From the NCBI GenBank assembly GCA_963733175.1, contig CAVTCL010000023.1:1130-65129 (forward strand): a DNA stretch of 64,000 nt. Reading direction: 5' to 3'. Below are positions 10,292 through 19,180 of the stretch, one piece after another (the first letter of the stretch is position 1; every line of letters begins with the position of its first letter). Position numbers and translations under genes: made by a program. Under the pieces are notes generated by a model. The model had not been told where the DNA came from. It was given only the letters and a program-made list of their open reading frames with translations, and made no database searches. Source of the stretch: an uncultured Actinomycetota bacterium. GTDB taxonomy: Bacteria; Actinomycetota; CALGFH01.

Positions 10292-11725
10292 GTGGACCCG
10301 GACCGCCTGCCCGAGGCGTTCGTGGCCCGCATGCGCGAGCTGCTCGGCCCCGAGGCCGCGGCCTTCCTGGACAGCTACCGGCGGCCGGCCCAGCGGGCCG
10401 TCCGGGCGAACCCGCTCAAGCTCGACCCGGCCGCCCTCCCGGGCCTGCTGGGGATCGACCCCGACCCGGTGCCCTGGTGCCCGGGGGCGTTCTTCCTCCC
10501 CGAGGAAGCCCGGGTCGGGGGCACCCTGGCCCACGCGGCCGGGCTCTGCTATGTGCAGGAGCCGTCGGCCATGGCCGTCGGGGAGGCCCTGGACGCGCGG
10601 CCCGGCCAGCGGGTGCTCGACCTGGCCGCCGCCCCCGGCGGCAAGGCCACCCAGATCGCCGCCCGGCTCGGCGGCGACGGGGTGGTGGTCGCCAACGAGG
10701 TCCAGCGCGGCCGGCTGCAGGCCCTGGCCGACAACCTCGACCGCTGGGGGTCGTGGCGGACGGTGCTGGCCGCCGAGACCGTGGCCCGGCTGGCCGACCG
10801 GCTCCCCGGGGCCTTCGACCGGGTGCTGCTGGACGCCCCCTGCTCGGGCGAGGGGCTGTTCCGCCGCAACCCGGCGGCCGCCGCCCAGTGGCGCCCCGGC
10901 CACGTCCGGGGCAGCGCCGAACGCCAGCGCGGCCTCCTCGCCGACGCCGCCCGCCTGGTCCGCCCCGGCGGAGTGCTGGTCTACTCGACCTGCACCTTCG
11001 CCCCCGAGGAGAACGAGGGGCAGGTCGCCTGGTTCCTGACCACCCACCCCGACTGGGACGTCCTCGACCTCCCCACCCACCCCGGCTTCTCCCCCGGCCG
11101 CCCCGACTGGACCCCCTCCGGCCCTCCCGCCCTCGCCCGCACCGTCCGCCTCTGGCCCCACCACCTCCGCGGCGAAGGCCACTTCATCGCCAAGCTCGGC
11201 CGCCCCCCTCGCGCCCCGGGTGCCCGGGCGGCCGAAAACCCCAGCCCCGGGTATCGGGGCCCCCGGAGGGGGAGCGTAGCCGAACCGGAAGCGGGGGGCT
11301 CGGGGCTGTCCACAGGCCCGGGGCGGGCGGTGTTCGAGGCTTGGCGGGGGTTCGCGGCCGAGGCGCTGGTGGAGGAGCCGGTGGGGGTGCGGGTGGTGGG
11401 GGAACGGGTCTACAGCGTGGTGGAGGAGGAGGTGGCCGGGGCGGGGGTGCGGCTGGTTCGGCCGGGGTTGTTGCTGGGGCGGGTGCGGCCGGGGAGGTTC
11501 GAGCCGGCGCATGCGCTGGGCATGGCTGCCGGGCCGGGACTCGCGCGGCGGGCGAGGGAGCTGGACGACGGCGAGGCGGCGGCCTGGGTGCGGGGTGGGA
11601 CCCTGGGGCACGACGGGCCGGGCGGGTGGACGCTGGTGAGGTGGAACGGCTGGCCGCTGGGGTGGGGGCGGGCCGCCGGGGGGACGCTCAAGAACCACTA
11701 CCCCAAGGGTCTGCGTACGATGTGA
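10292..11725 (+). CDS. RsmB/RsmF-family (NOL1/NOP2/Sun) rRNA cytosine-C5 methyltransferase
   Basis: 477-aa intact ORF. SAM-MTase motifs VLDLAAAPGGKAT, DRVLLDAPCSGEG and VYSTCTF, plus an RsmF-like C-terminal extension. Confidence 0.8.
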   Translation: MDPDRLPEAFVARMRELLGPEAAAFLDSYRRPAQRAVRANPLKLDPAALPGLLGIDPDPVPWCPGAFFLPEEARVGGTLAHAAGLCYVQEPSAMAVGEALDARPGQRVLDLAAAPGGKATQIAARLGGDGVVVANEVQRGRLQALADNLDRWGSWRTVLAAETVARLADRLPGAFDRVLLDAPCSGEGLFRRNPAAAAQWRPGHVRGSAERQRGLLADAARLVRPGGVLVYSTCTFAPEENEGQVAWFLTTHPDWDVLDLPTHPGFSPGRPDWTPSGPPALARTVRLWPHHLRGEGHFIAKLGRPPRAPGARAAENPSPGYRGPRRGSVAEPEAGGSGLSTGPGRAVFEAWRGFAAEALVEEPVGVRVVGERVYSVVEEEVAGAGVRLVRPGLLLGRVRPGRFEPAHALGMAAGPGLARRARELDDGEAAAWVRGGTLGHDGPGGWTLVRWNGWPLGWGRAAGGTLKNHYPKGLRTM

Positions 11726-11732
11726 CCTGCCG

Positions 11733-12212
11733 ATGGACCGAACGACACCGACAGCAACCGGGAGGGGGACGGTGAGCAGCCAGGCGCCCCACGCCGAGGT
11801 CGCGGCGCGGCTCGGCCGCGCCCAGCAGCGCTACACGTCCGGGCGGCGCACCCTGGTCGAGCTGCTGCACACCGCCGGGCGGCCGCTGGAGATCGTCGAG
11901 CTGGCCGACGGCCCGGGCAAGCTGCCGGTGAGCTCGATCTACCGCAACCTGGTCGTGCTCGAGCAGGCCGGGGCGGTCACCCGCTACCCGGGCGCCGGGG
12001 GCGGCCACGCCCGCTACGAGCTGTCCGAGGAGCTGGTCGGCCACCACCATCACCTGGTCTGCAGCCGCTGCGGCCGCATCGAGGACGACCCGGTCCCCCC
12101 CGAGGTCGAGGCCGGCCTGGCCTCGCTGCTGGACGCCGTGGCCGCCCGTACCGGCTTCACCGTGACCGACCACCGGCTGGAGCTGCGCGGCCTCTGCAAG
12201 CGCTGCGGCTGA
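11733..12212 (+). CDS. zur: Fur-family metalloregulator, Zur-like
   Basis: 159 aa. Winged-helix region, HHHHLVCSRCG and C-terminal CKRCG CxxC pairs as in actinobacterial Zur. It sits directly upstream of a metal ABC importer. Confidence 0.7.
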   Translation: MDRTTPTATGRGTVSSQAPHAEVAARLGRAQQRYTSGRRTLVELLHTAGRPLEIVELADGPGKLPVSSIYRNLVVLEQAGAVTRYPGAGGGHARYELSEELVGHHHHLVCSRCGRIEDDPVPPEVEAGLASLLDAVAARTGFTVTDHRLELRGLCKRCG

Positions 12213-12221
12213 ACTCGATTA

Positions 12222-12236
12222 TGAGAATCATTGCCA
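12222..12236. promoter_or_regulatory. putative Zur box
   Basis: TGAGAATCATTGCCA lies in the AT-richer gap between zur and the binding-protein gene. It matches 12 of 15 positions of the actinobacterial Zur-box core TGAAAATCATTTTCA as I recall it. Confidence 0.5.
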
Positions 12237-12305
12237 AAAGCGGTACGATGCTGGGCGACAGCTTCCGCGGTGGGTGGCCGCCGGCCAAGGTGAGGACGGG
12301 GTGCG

Positions 12306-13226
12306 ATGGGTCGTCGACGGGTCGCGCTGCTGGCCGCCGGCCTGGCGGCCCTGCTGGTGGCCGGGTGCTCGGGGTCGGGCGGCGCCGGGGACGGGGACGG
12401 CGGGGGCGGCGGGCTGCGGGTGGTGGCCACCACCACCCAGGTGGCCGACCTGGCGGCCAACGTCGGCGGCGACCGGGTCCAGGTGACCAGCCTGCTCAAG
12501 CCCGGCATCGACGCCCACGACTACGAGCCGTCCCCGGCCGACATCGACGCCATCGCCCGCGCCGACCTGGTCGTCGAGAACGGGGTCGGCCTGGAGGAGT
12601 GGCTGGGCGACACCATCGAGAGCTCCGGCTTCGACGGCCCGGTGGTCGACGCCAGCCAGGGCGTGCGGCTGCGCCAGGTCGAGGGCGAGGCCGACCCCCA
12701 CATCTGGCAGGACCCCGGCAACGCCCGGCGCATGGCGGCCAACATCGAGCGCGGCCTGGCCGCGGCCGAGCCGGCCGGCGCGGCCGCCTTCGAGGCCAAC
12801 CTGGCCGCCTACACCAAGGAGCTGGAGGCCCTCGACGCCGAGGTCGAGCGGCAGATCGACAGCCTGGCCAACAAGAAGGTGGTCACCAACCACGACGCCT
12901 TCGGCTACTACCTGGACCGCTACGGCCTGGAGCTGGTCGGCTCGGTCATCCCCAGCTTCGACAGCTCGGCCGAGCTGTCGGGCCGCGACATCCGCGACCT
13001 GGTGGCCAGGATCAGGGCCACCGGCGTCAAGGCGATCTTCTCCGAGACCTCGCTGCCCCCCAGGGCGGCCGAGACGATCGGCCGCGAGGCCGGGGTCAAG
13101 GTGGTGGTGGGCGAGGACGCCCTGTACGGCGACGCCCTCGGCCCTCCCGGGTCCGACGGCGACACCTACCTCAAGATGATCCGGCACAACACGGCCACGA
13201 TCGTGGGGAACCTCAGTGGCAGCTAG
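12306..13226 (+). CDS. metal (Zn/Mn) ABC transporter substrate-binding lipoprotein, TroA/ZnuA family
   Basis: Signal peptide with lipobox LLVAGC. Family motifs DAHDYEPSP, DPHIWQD, NHDAFGYY. Confidence 0.85.
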   Translation: MGRRRVALLAAGLAALLVAGCSGSGGAGDGDGGGGGLRVVATTTQVADLAANVGGDRVQVTSLLKPGIDAHDYEPSPADIDAIARADLVVENGVGLEEWLGDTIESSGFDGPVVDASQGVRLRQVEGEADPHIWQDPGNARRMAANIERGLAAAEPAGAAAFEANLAAYTKELEALDAEVERQIDSLANKKVVTNHDAFGYYLDRYGLELVGSVIPSFDSSAELSGRDIRDLVARIRATGVKAIFSETSLPPRAAETIGREAGVKVVVGEDALYGDALGPPGSDGDTYLKMIRHNTATIVGNLSGS

Positions 13227-13301
13227 GGGGCTCCGGGGGGCTCAAGCAGCCGGAGGCGATAGCCCCCGGCGGATCCCCGGCCGCCCCCGCCGGTCCTGCT
13301 G

Positions 13302-14036
13302 TTGCGGCGGGCCACCGTCGCCTACGAGCGCGACCCGGTGGTCGAGGGGGTCGACGGGGAGGTGGCGGCCGGCCAGTCGGTCGCCCTCATCGGCCCCAAC
13401 GGGGCCGGGAAGTCCACCCTCATCCGGGCCGTGCTCGGCCTGGTCCCCCTGACCGGCGGGACCATCCAGGTGCTGGGCCGCCCACCCCAGGCGGCCCGCC
13501 GGCAGGTCGCCTACGTGCCCCAGGCCGACACCCTCGACGCCGAGTTCCCGGTGTCGGCCCTCCAGGTGGTGCTGATGGGCCGCTACCCCCGGGTCGGCTG
13601 GCTGCGGCGGCCGGGCCCGGCCGACCGGCGGGTCGCGGCCCATGCCCTGGCCGAGGTCGGCCTGGCCGAGCGGGCCTCGGCCCGGTTCGGCACCCTCTCC
13701 GGCGGCCAGCGCCAGCGGGTGCTGCTGGCCAGGGCGATCGCCCAGGAGCCGCGGCTGCTGCTGCTGGACGAGCCGTTCAACGGGGTCGACGCCCTCTCCC
13801 AGGACCTGCTGCTGACCGCCCTCGGCCGCCTGCGGGCGGCCGGGGCCGCGGTCGTCATGGCCACCCACGACCTGGGCCTGGCCCACCTCGCCTGCGACGA
13901 GGTCTGCCTGCTCAACCGCCACCAGATCGGCTTCGGCCCGATCGGCACCACCCTCACCCCCGAGCTGCTGCGCGCCACCTACGGCGGCCAGGCCCTCCAG
14001 CTCCGCGGCGACGGGGTCATCGTCGCGAGACCGTGA
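13302..14036 (+). CDS. metal ABC transporter ATP-binding protein
   Basis: Walker A GPNGAGKST, signature LSGGQRQR, Walker B LLLLDEP. TTG start is uncertain. Confidence 0.85.
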   Translation: MRRATVAYERDPVVEGVDGEVAAGQSVALIGPNGAGKSTLIRAVLGLVPLTGGTIQVLGRPPQAARRQVAYVPQADTLDAEFPVSALQVVLMGRYPRVGWLRRPGPADRRVAAHALAEVGLAERASARFGTLSGGQRQRVLLARAIAQEPRLLLLDEPFNGVDALSQDLLLTALGRLRAAGAAVVMATHDLGLAHLACDEVCLLNRHQIGFGPIGTTLTPELLRATYGGQALQLRGDGVIVARP

Positions 14037-14040
14037 ACCT

Positions 14041-14075
14041 CCGGAGGGGTTCGGGGAACCCCAGGGGGGTGCCCC
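14041..14075 (+). repeat. intra-operon GC-rich hairpin element, copy 1
   Basis: CCGGAGGGGTTCGGGGAACCCCAGGGGGGTGCCCC sits between the ATPase stop and the permease ATG. It contains GGGGTTC-GGG-GAACCCC and GGGG..CCCC stems. A near-identical copy is at 14916-14950. Confidence 0.55.
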
Positions 14076-14076
14076 G

Positions 14077-14964
14077 ATGAACCTGTTCGAGCCCTTCACC
14101 ATCCCCTACATGCAGCGCGCCCTGGTCGAGGTGCTGGTGCTGGGGGCCGTGGCCGGGGCGGTCGGGGTGCTGGTGGTGCTGCGCCGGCTGGCCTTCGTCG
14201 GCGACGCCCTCACCCACACCGTGTTCCCGGGGGTGGTGATCGCCCACCTGCTCGGCCGCTCGATCCTGCTCGGCGCCCTCGCCTTCGGGGTGCTGACGGC
14301 CGTCCTGCTGACCGGGCTGGGCAGCCACCGCCGGGTCGGCGACGACGCCGCCCTGGCCATCCTGCTCACCTCGTTCTTCTCCCTCGGGGTGGTGCTCATC
14401 TCCCGGACCCGGGGCTTCACCGCCGACCTGACCGTGTTCCTGTTCGGCCGGGTGCTGGCCATCGACCGGACCGACCTGATCCAGACCCTGGCCGTCGCCG
14501 CGGTGGCCGCCGTCGTCCTGGCCCTCCTGCACAAGGAGCTGGTCCTGCGCGCCTTCGACCCCGACGCGACCGCCGCCATGGGCTACCGCACCGGCGTCCT
14601 CGACCTGGTCCTGAACCTGCTCATCGCGCTGGTCGTGGTGGCCGCCGTCGAGGCGGTGGGCACGGTCCTGGTGATCGCCCTGATCGTGGTCCCGGCGGCG
14701 GCGGCCCGCCTGCTGGCCGACCGGGTGGCGGCCATGACCGCGCTGGCCTGCCTGCTCGGCGCCGCCGGAGGCTGGCTGGGGCTGGCCGTCAGCTACGAGG
14801 TCTCGGTCGACCACGACATCCGGCTGGCCGCCGGGGCCACCATCGTGGTCGTCCTGGTCGGCCTGTTCCTGCTCGCCGCCGCCCTGGCCGCGCTGCGCCG
14901 GCGGCGACTGGCCGCCCGGAGGGGTCTGGGGAACCCCCGGGGGGTGCCCCAGTGGATCCGTTGA
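14077..14964 (+). CDS. metal ABC transporter permease (ABC-3 family, TroC-like)
   Basis: 295-aa polytopic ORF with typical ABC-3 permease sequence (MQRALVEVLVLG..., DALTHTVFPGVV). Confidence 0.85.
   Translation: MNLFEPFTIPYMQRALVEVLVLGAVAGAVGVLVVLRRLAFVGDALTHTVFPGVVIAHLLGRSILLGALAFGVLTAVLLTGLGSHRRVGDDAALAILLTSFFSLGVVLISRTRGFTADLTVFLFGRVLAIDRTDLIQTLAVAAVAAVVLALLHKELVLRAFDPDATAAMGYRTGVLDLVLNLLIALVVVAAVEAVGTVLVIALIVVPAAAARLLADRVAAMTALACLLGAAGGWLGLAVSYEVSVDHDIRLAAGATIVVVLVGLFLLAAALAALRRRRLAARRGLGNPRGVPQWIR
14916..14950 (+). repeat. intra-operon GC-rich hairpin element, copy 2
   Basis: CCGGAGGGGTCTGGGGAACCCCCGGGGGGTGCCCC lies immediately before the GTG of the second permease. Here it encodes the C-terminal tail (RRGLGNPRGVPQ) of the first permease. 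Confidence 0.55.
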
Positions 14965-15806
14965 GCCTGCTGGAGGCCTTCGGGGACGGGTTCGCGCGCC
15001 GGGCCCTGCTGGAGGCGGTCATGGTCGGCGGGCTGTGCGGGGCCGTCGGCGTCCACGTGCTCCTGCGCCGGCTGCCGTTCTTCACCATGGCCCTCGGCCA
15101 CGCCACCTTCCCCGGGGTCGTCCTGGCCGGGCTGCTCGGGATCAGCCTGTTCGCCGGGGCGGCCGCCTTCGGGGCCGTCGTCGTGGTGGTGGTCGCCCTG
15201 CTGGGCGCCCGCGACCGGGTCGACGACACCAGCGCCGTCGGGGTGACCCTCGCCGGGGCGTTCGCCCTCGGGGTCCTGCTGCTGTCGGCCCAGGCCGGCT
15301 TCTCCAGGGACCTGACCGCCTACCTGGTCGGCTCCATCGTCACCGTGCAGCCGGCCGACCTGGTCACCACCGCCCTGGTCGGCGCGGCCGTGCTGGCCGC
15401 GCTGGCCGCCCTCCACAAGGAGCTGGTCCTCGGCGCCTTCGACCGCGGCGCCCTGGCCGCCCTCGGCTACCCGGTGCTGGCCCTCGACGTCGGCCTGCTG
15501 CTGCTGATCGAGGCCACCGTGGTCACCTCGATCCCGGCGGTCGGCACCATCCTGGCCGTGGCCCTGATCGTCGCCCCGGCCGCCACCGCCCGCCTCTGGA
15601 CCGAGCGCCTGCGCGCCACCATGGCCCTCTCGGCCGCCCTCGGCGCCGCCAGCGGCGTCGTCGGCCTGGCCATCTCCCTCCAGTGGCGGGTCGCCGCCGG
15701 CGCCACCATCGTCCTGGTCGCCGCCGCCCTGTTCGCCGTCTCCCTGGTCGTCGCCCCCCGCCACGGCCTCCTGGCCCGCGCCGCCCGCGTCCCTAGCCGG
15801 GCGTAG
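14952..15806 (+). CDS. metal ABC transporter permease (ABC-3 family, TroD-like)
   Basis: 284-aa polytopic paralogue of the preceding permease (GHATFPGVV...). It overlaps that gene by 13 nt. Confidence 0.85.
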   Translation: MDPLSLLEAFGDGFARRALLEAVMVGGLCGAVGVHVLLRRLPFFTMALGHATFPGVVLAGLLGISLFAGAAAFGAVVVVVVALLGARDRVDDTSAVGVTLAGAFALGVLLLSAQAGFSRDLTAYLVGSIVTVQPADLVTTALVGAAVLAALAALHKELVLGAFDRGALAALGYPVLALDVGLLLLIEATVVTSIPAVGTILAVALIVAPAATARLWTERLRATMALSAALGAASGVVGLAISLQWRVAAGATIVLVAAALFAVSLVVAPRHGLLARAARVPSRA

Positions 15807-16422
15807 CGTCCAGGGCCCACTCGGGGCGGTTGGCGCCGGCGGCCATGGCCCTGGCCTTGTGCCAGTGGAGGGTGGCGAAGATCTGCTCGCTGATGGCGTC
15901 GATCGGCCCGACGGCGTTGATCCGGACCAGGATCCCGCGGCGGTGGTAGTAGTCGACCAGCGGGCGGGTCTGGGTCGCGAACACCTCGAGGCGGTGGCGG
16001 ACCGTCTCCTCGGTGTCGTCGGAGCGGTGCTCCTCCCGGGCCCGGCCGGCCAGGCGGGCCAGCAGCTCGTCCTCCTCGATCTCGAAGTAGAGGGTCAGGT
16101 CGAACGGGATCCCCTTGGCCACCGCCCACCGGTAGGCGGCCTCGGCCTGGGCCAGGGTGCGCGGGTAGCCGTCCAGCACGTACCCGCCCTCCTCGGCGGC
16201 CTGGGCCATCCGCTCCCTGGTCATCTCGATCACGATGTCGTCGGGCACCAGGTCGCCCCGGTCCATGTACTCCTTGGCCACCTGGCCCAGCTCGGTCCCG
16301 TTGGCCACCTGCTCCCGCAGCAGGTCCCCGGTGGCGATCCGGCCCAGGTCGAAATGCTCGGCGATCCGGGACGCCTGGGTCCCCTTGCCCGCCCCGGGCG
16401 GGCCGATCAGCAGCACGCGCAT
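15793..16422 (-). CDS. adk: adenylate kinase (short-LID type)
   Basis: MRVLLIGPPGAGKGTQ P-loop, GDLLR, LDGYPRT. No LID zinc cysteines. Its 3' end overlaps the convergent permease gene by 14 nt. Confidence 0.85.
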   Translation of the reverse strand: MRVLLIGPPGAGKGTQASRIAEHFDLGRIATGDLLREQVANGTELGQVAKEYMDRGDLVPDDIVIEMTRERMAQAAEEGGYVLDGYPRTLAQAEAAYRWAVAKGIPFDLTLYFEIEEDELLARLAGRAREEHRSDDTEETVRHRLEVFATQTRPLVDYYHRRGILVRINAVGPIDAISEQIFATLHWHKARAMAAGANRPEWALDATPG

Positions 16423-16440
16423 GGCGTCTCCCTCCGGGCG

Positions 16441-16827
16441 TCAGTGCCCCTCGGCGGCCTCGGCCGCGTCGGCCTCCTCCTTGGTCTGGTGGACGGTGCC
16501 GGGGGCGTGCTCGGGCGGGGCGTAGACGGTGACCAGGCGCAGGGGGCCGTCGCCGGTGTTGATGAAGTTGTGGCGGGTGCCGGCCGGGACCATGACCAGG
16601 TCGTTGGGGGTGACCTTGGAGGTCCTGCCGTCCAGGACGGCGTCGCCCTCGCCGTCGACGAACACCAGGAGCTGGTCGTTCTCCTCGTGGACCTCCTCGC
16701 CGATCTCGCCGCCGGCGGGGATGGTCATGGCCACGACCTGGCTGTGCTCGCCGGTGGCGATCTCGCGGCGGAAGGCGTCGTTGCCCCTGGCGAGCTGGAC
16801 GATGTCGATGTCGAGGGGTTCGGGCAC
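16441..16827 (-). CDS. cupin domain protein
   Basis: GTG 16827 preceded by GAGGAG. Cupin motifs GEIGEEVHEENDQLLVFVDGEG and VMVPAGTRHNFINTG. The longer tracked ORF (to 16983) has an implausible N-terminus. Confidence 0.7.
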   Translation of the reverse strand: MPEPLDIDIVQLARGNDAFRREIATGEHSQVVAMTIPAGGEIGEEVHEENDQLLVFVDGEGDAVLDGRTSKVTPNDLVMVPAGTRHNFINTGDGPLRLVTVYAPPEHAPGTVHQTKEEADAAEAAEGH

Positions 16828-16951
16828 GATCGCTCCTCGGTCGGGCGGCTGGTGGTGGCAAGTATCTCCCGGAACGGCCGGTCGCAGTCTTGTCGGGTTC
16901 ATCCGGCTACGCGAAGATGTCCGGACCGCCACGCCTCCGAAGGAGCAGCCC

Positions 16952-18094
16952 ATGGCAGATGCCGGGACGGTCCAGTCGCTCATCGCCCCCCGCCGCTACA
17001 TCCAGGGTCGCGGGGTGCTCGCCTCCATCGGGAAGCACGTGGCCGAGATCGGCCAGCAGCCGCTGGTGATCGCGGACGAGAACGTGTGGAAGCTGGCCGG
17101 CGACAAGCTCGCGGACTCGTTCAAGGAGGCCGGCGTCGAGTTCAAGCGCGAGACCTTCGGGGGCGTCTGCTCCCACCGGGAGATCGACCGCATCACCGAG
17201 GTCGCCAAGAAGGGCTCGGCCGACATCGTGGTCGGGGTCGGCGGCGGCACCACCCTCGACACCGCCAAGGCCGCCGGCCACCAGGCGGGCATCGCCTGGG
17301 CGACGGTCCCGACGGTGGCCTCGACCGACGCCCCGACCAGCGCCCTGTCGGTGGTCTACACCGACGACGGCGTGTTCGAGGAGTACGTGTTCTTCCCCCA
17401 CAACCCCGACCTGGTGCTGGTCGACACCCAGATGTGCGCCAACGCGCCGTACCGGTTCCTGGTCTCGGGCATGGGCGACGCGCTGGCCACCTGGGTCGAG
17501 GCCCGGGCCACCGCCGAGGCGCGCAAGTCGACCATGGCCGGCGGGCAGCCGACCATGGCCGGGCTGGCCCTGGCCAGGCTGTCCTGGGAGACGCTGATCG
17601 ACTACGGCTTCTCGGCCAGGCAGGCCGCCGAGCAGCACGTGGTCACCCCCGCCCTGGAGAAGGTCGTGGAGGCCAACACCCTGCTGTCGGGGCTGGGGTT
17701 CGAGAGCGGCGGCCTGGCCGCCGCCCACGCCGTCCACAACGGCCTGACCGCGCTGGACCAGACCCATCACTTCATGCACGGGGAGAAGGTCAACTTCGGC
17801 ACCCTGACCCAGTTCGCCCTGGAGGACCGGCCCACCCGCGAGTTCAACGAGTTCGTCTCGTTCTGCATGAGCGTCGGCCTGCCGACCACCTTCGCCGACC
17901 TCGGTCTGGAGAACGTGACCAAGGAGGAGCTGGAGACGGTGGCCAAGGCGGCCACCGTCCCGGGCGAGACCATCCACAACATGCCGTTCGCGGTCACCCC
18001 GGCGATGGTGGTGGACGCGATGGTCGCCGCCGACTCCTACTCGCGCGCCTACCAGCAGGAGTCCGGCCAGCAGGCGGCGGCCAGCAGCCACTAG
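16952..18094 (+). CDS. gldA: glycerol dehydrogenase (iron-containing ADH family)
   Basis: ATG 16952 after AAGGAG. GVGGGTTLDTAKA, STDAPTS and HAVHNGLT...HGEKV metal ligands typical of GldA. Confidence 0.85.
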   Translation: MADAGTVQSLIAPRRYIQGRGVLASIGKHVAEIGQQPLVIADENVWKLAGDKLADSFKEAGVEFKRETFGGVCSHREIDRITEVAKKGSADIVVGVGGGTTLDTAKAAGHQAGIAWATVPTVASTDAPTSALSVVYTDDGVFEEYVFFPHNPDLVLVDTQMCANAPYRFLVSGMGDALATWVEARATAEARKSTMAGGQPTMAGLALARLSWETLIDYGFSARQAAEQHVVTPALEKVVEANTLLSGLGFESGGLAAAHAVHNGLTALDQTHHFMHGEKVNFGTLTQFALEDRPTREFNEFVSFCMSVGLPTTFADLGLENVTKEELETVAKAATVPGETIHNMPFAVTPAMVVDAMVAADSYSRAYQQESGQQAAASSH

Positions 18095-18109
18095 TGCCAT
18101 GATGCCCCG

Positions 18110-19180
18110 ATGCGGGACGGAGGCATCGGGGTCGGGCTGATCGGGTACGGGCTGGGCGGGTCGGCGTTCCACGCGCCGCTGGTCCAGGCCGAGCCCGGGC
18201 TGCGGCTGCACGCGGTCGTGACCAGCCGGGCCGCCCAGGTGCGGCGCGAGCTTCCCGGGGTGGCGGTGGTGGCGTCGGCGGGGGAGCTGCTGGAGGACCC
18301 GGCGGTCGAGCTGGTGGTGGTGGCGGCGCCCAACGCCGTGCACCACGAGCTGGCCGCGGCGGCGCTGCGGGCGGGGCGGCACGTGGTCGTGGACAAGCCG
18401 TTCGCGCTCACCACCGCCGCCGCCGACGAGCTGATCGGGCTGGCCGCGGCCGAGGGCAGGCTGCTCAGCGTGTTCCACAACCGGCGCTGGGACGGCGACT
18501 TCCTCACCGTCCGGCGCTGCCTGGAGGCCGGCCTGGTCGGGGCGGCGTCCAGCTTCGTGTCCCGCTACGACCGCTTCCGCCCCGTGCCCAAGGGCGGCTG
18601 GAAGGAGGAGGCGGTCCCCGGGTCGGGCGTCCTCTACGACCTCGGGCCGCACCTGATCGACCAGGCGCTGGTGCTGTTCGGCCTGCCCGAGACGGTCTCG
18701 GCCGACCTGGCCGTCCAGCGTCCCGGGGTGGAGGCGGTCGACTGGGTGCACCTGGTGCTCGGCTACGGGCGGCTGCGGGCGGTGCTCCAGGCCGGCATGC
18801 TGGTGCGCGACCCCGGCCCGCGGTTCGAGCTCCACGGCGACCGGGGGTCGTTCGTCAAGTGGGGCCTGGACGGCCAGGAGGAGGCGCTGCGGGCCGGCGG
18901 GCGGCCGGGCGACCCGGGCTGGGGGAGCGAGCCCCCCGAGCGCCACGGCACCCTCACCGGCGAGGTCGCCGGCCTCGAGCTCCGCGGCCGCCTGGCCACC
19001 GTGCCCGGCGCCTACCAGGCCTTCTACGCCGCCATGGCCGCCGCCGTCGCCGGCGACGGCCCGGTCCCGGTGGCGGCCTCCGAGGCCCGCGACACCATCA
19101 TGGTCATCGAGCACGCCCTCCAGAGCAGCCGCGAGGGCCGCGTGGTCCGGGTCGCCGGAGCGCCCGAAGGCCCGGCCTAG
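18110..19180 (+). CDS. Gfo/Idh/MocA family oxidoreductase
   Basis: IGVGLIGYGLGG Rossmann N-terminus, VVVDKPFALT, and a family-typical C-terminal alpha/beta domain. Confidence 0.85.
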   Translation: MRDGGIGVGLIGYGLGGSAFHAPLVQAEPGLRLHAVVTSRAAQVRRELPGVAVVASAGELLEDPAVELVVVAAPNAVHHELAAAALRAGRHVVVDKPFALTTAAADELIGLAAAEGRLLSVFHNRRWDGDFLTVRRCLEAGLVGAASSFVSRYDRFRPVPKGGWKEEAVPGSGVLYDLGPHLIDQALVLFGLPETVSADLAVQRPGVEAVDWVHLVLGYGRLRAVLQAGMLVRDPGPRFELHGDRGSFVKWGLDGQEEALRAGGRPGDPGWGSEPPERHGTLTGEVAGLELRGRLATVPGAYQAFYAAMAAAVAGDGPVPVAASEARDTIMVIEHALQSSREGRVVRVAGAPEGPA

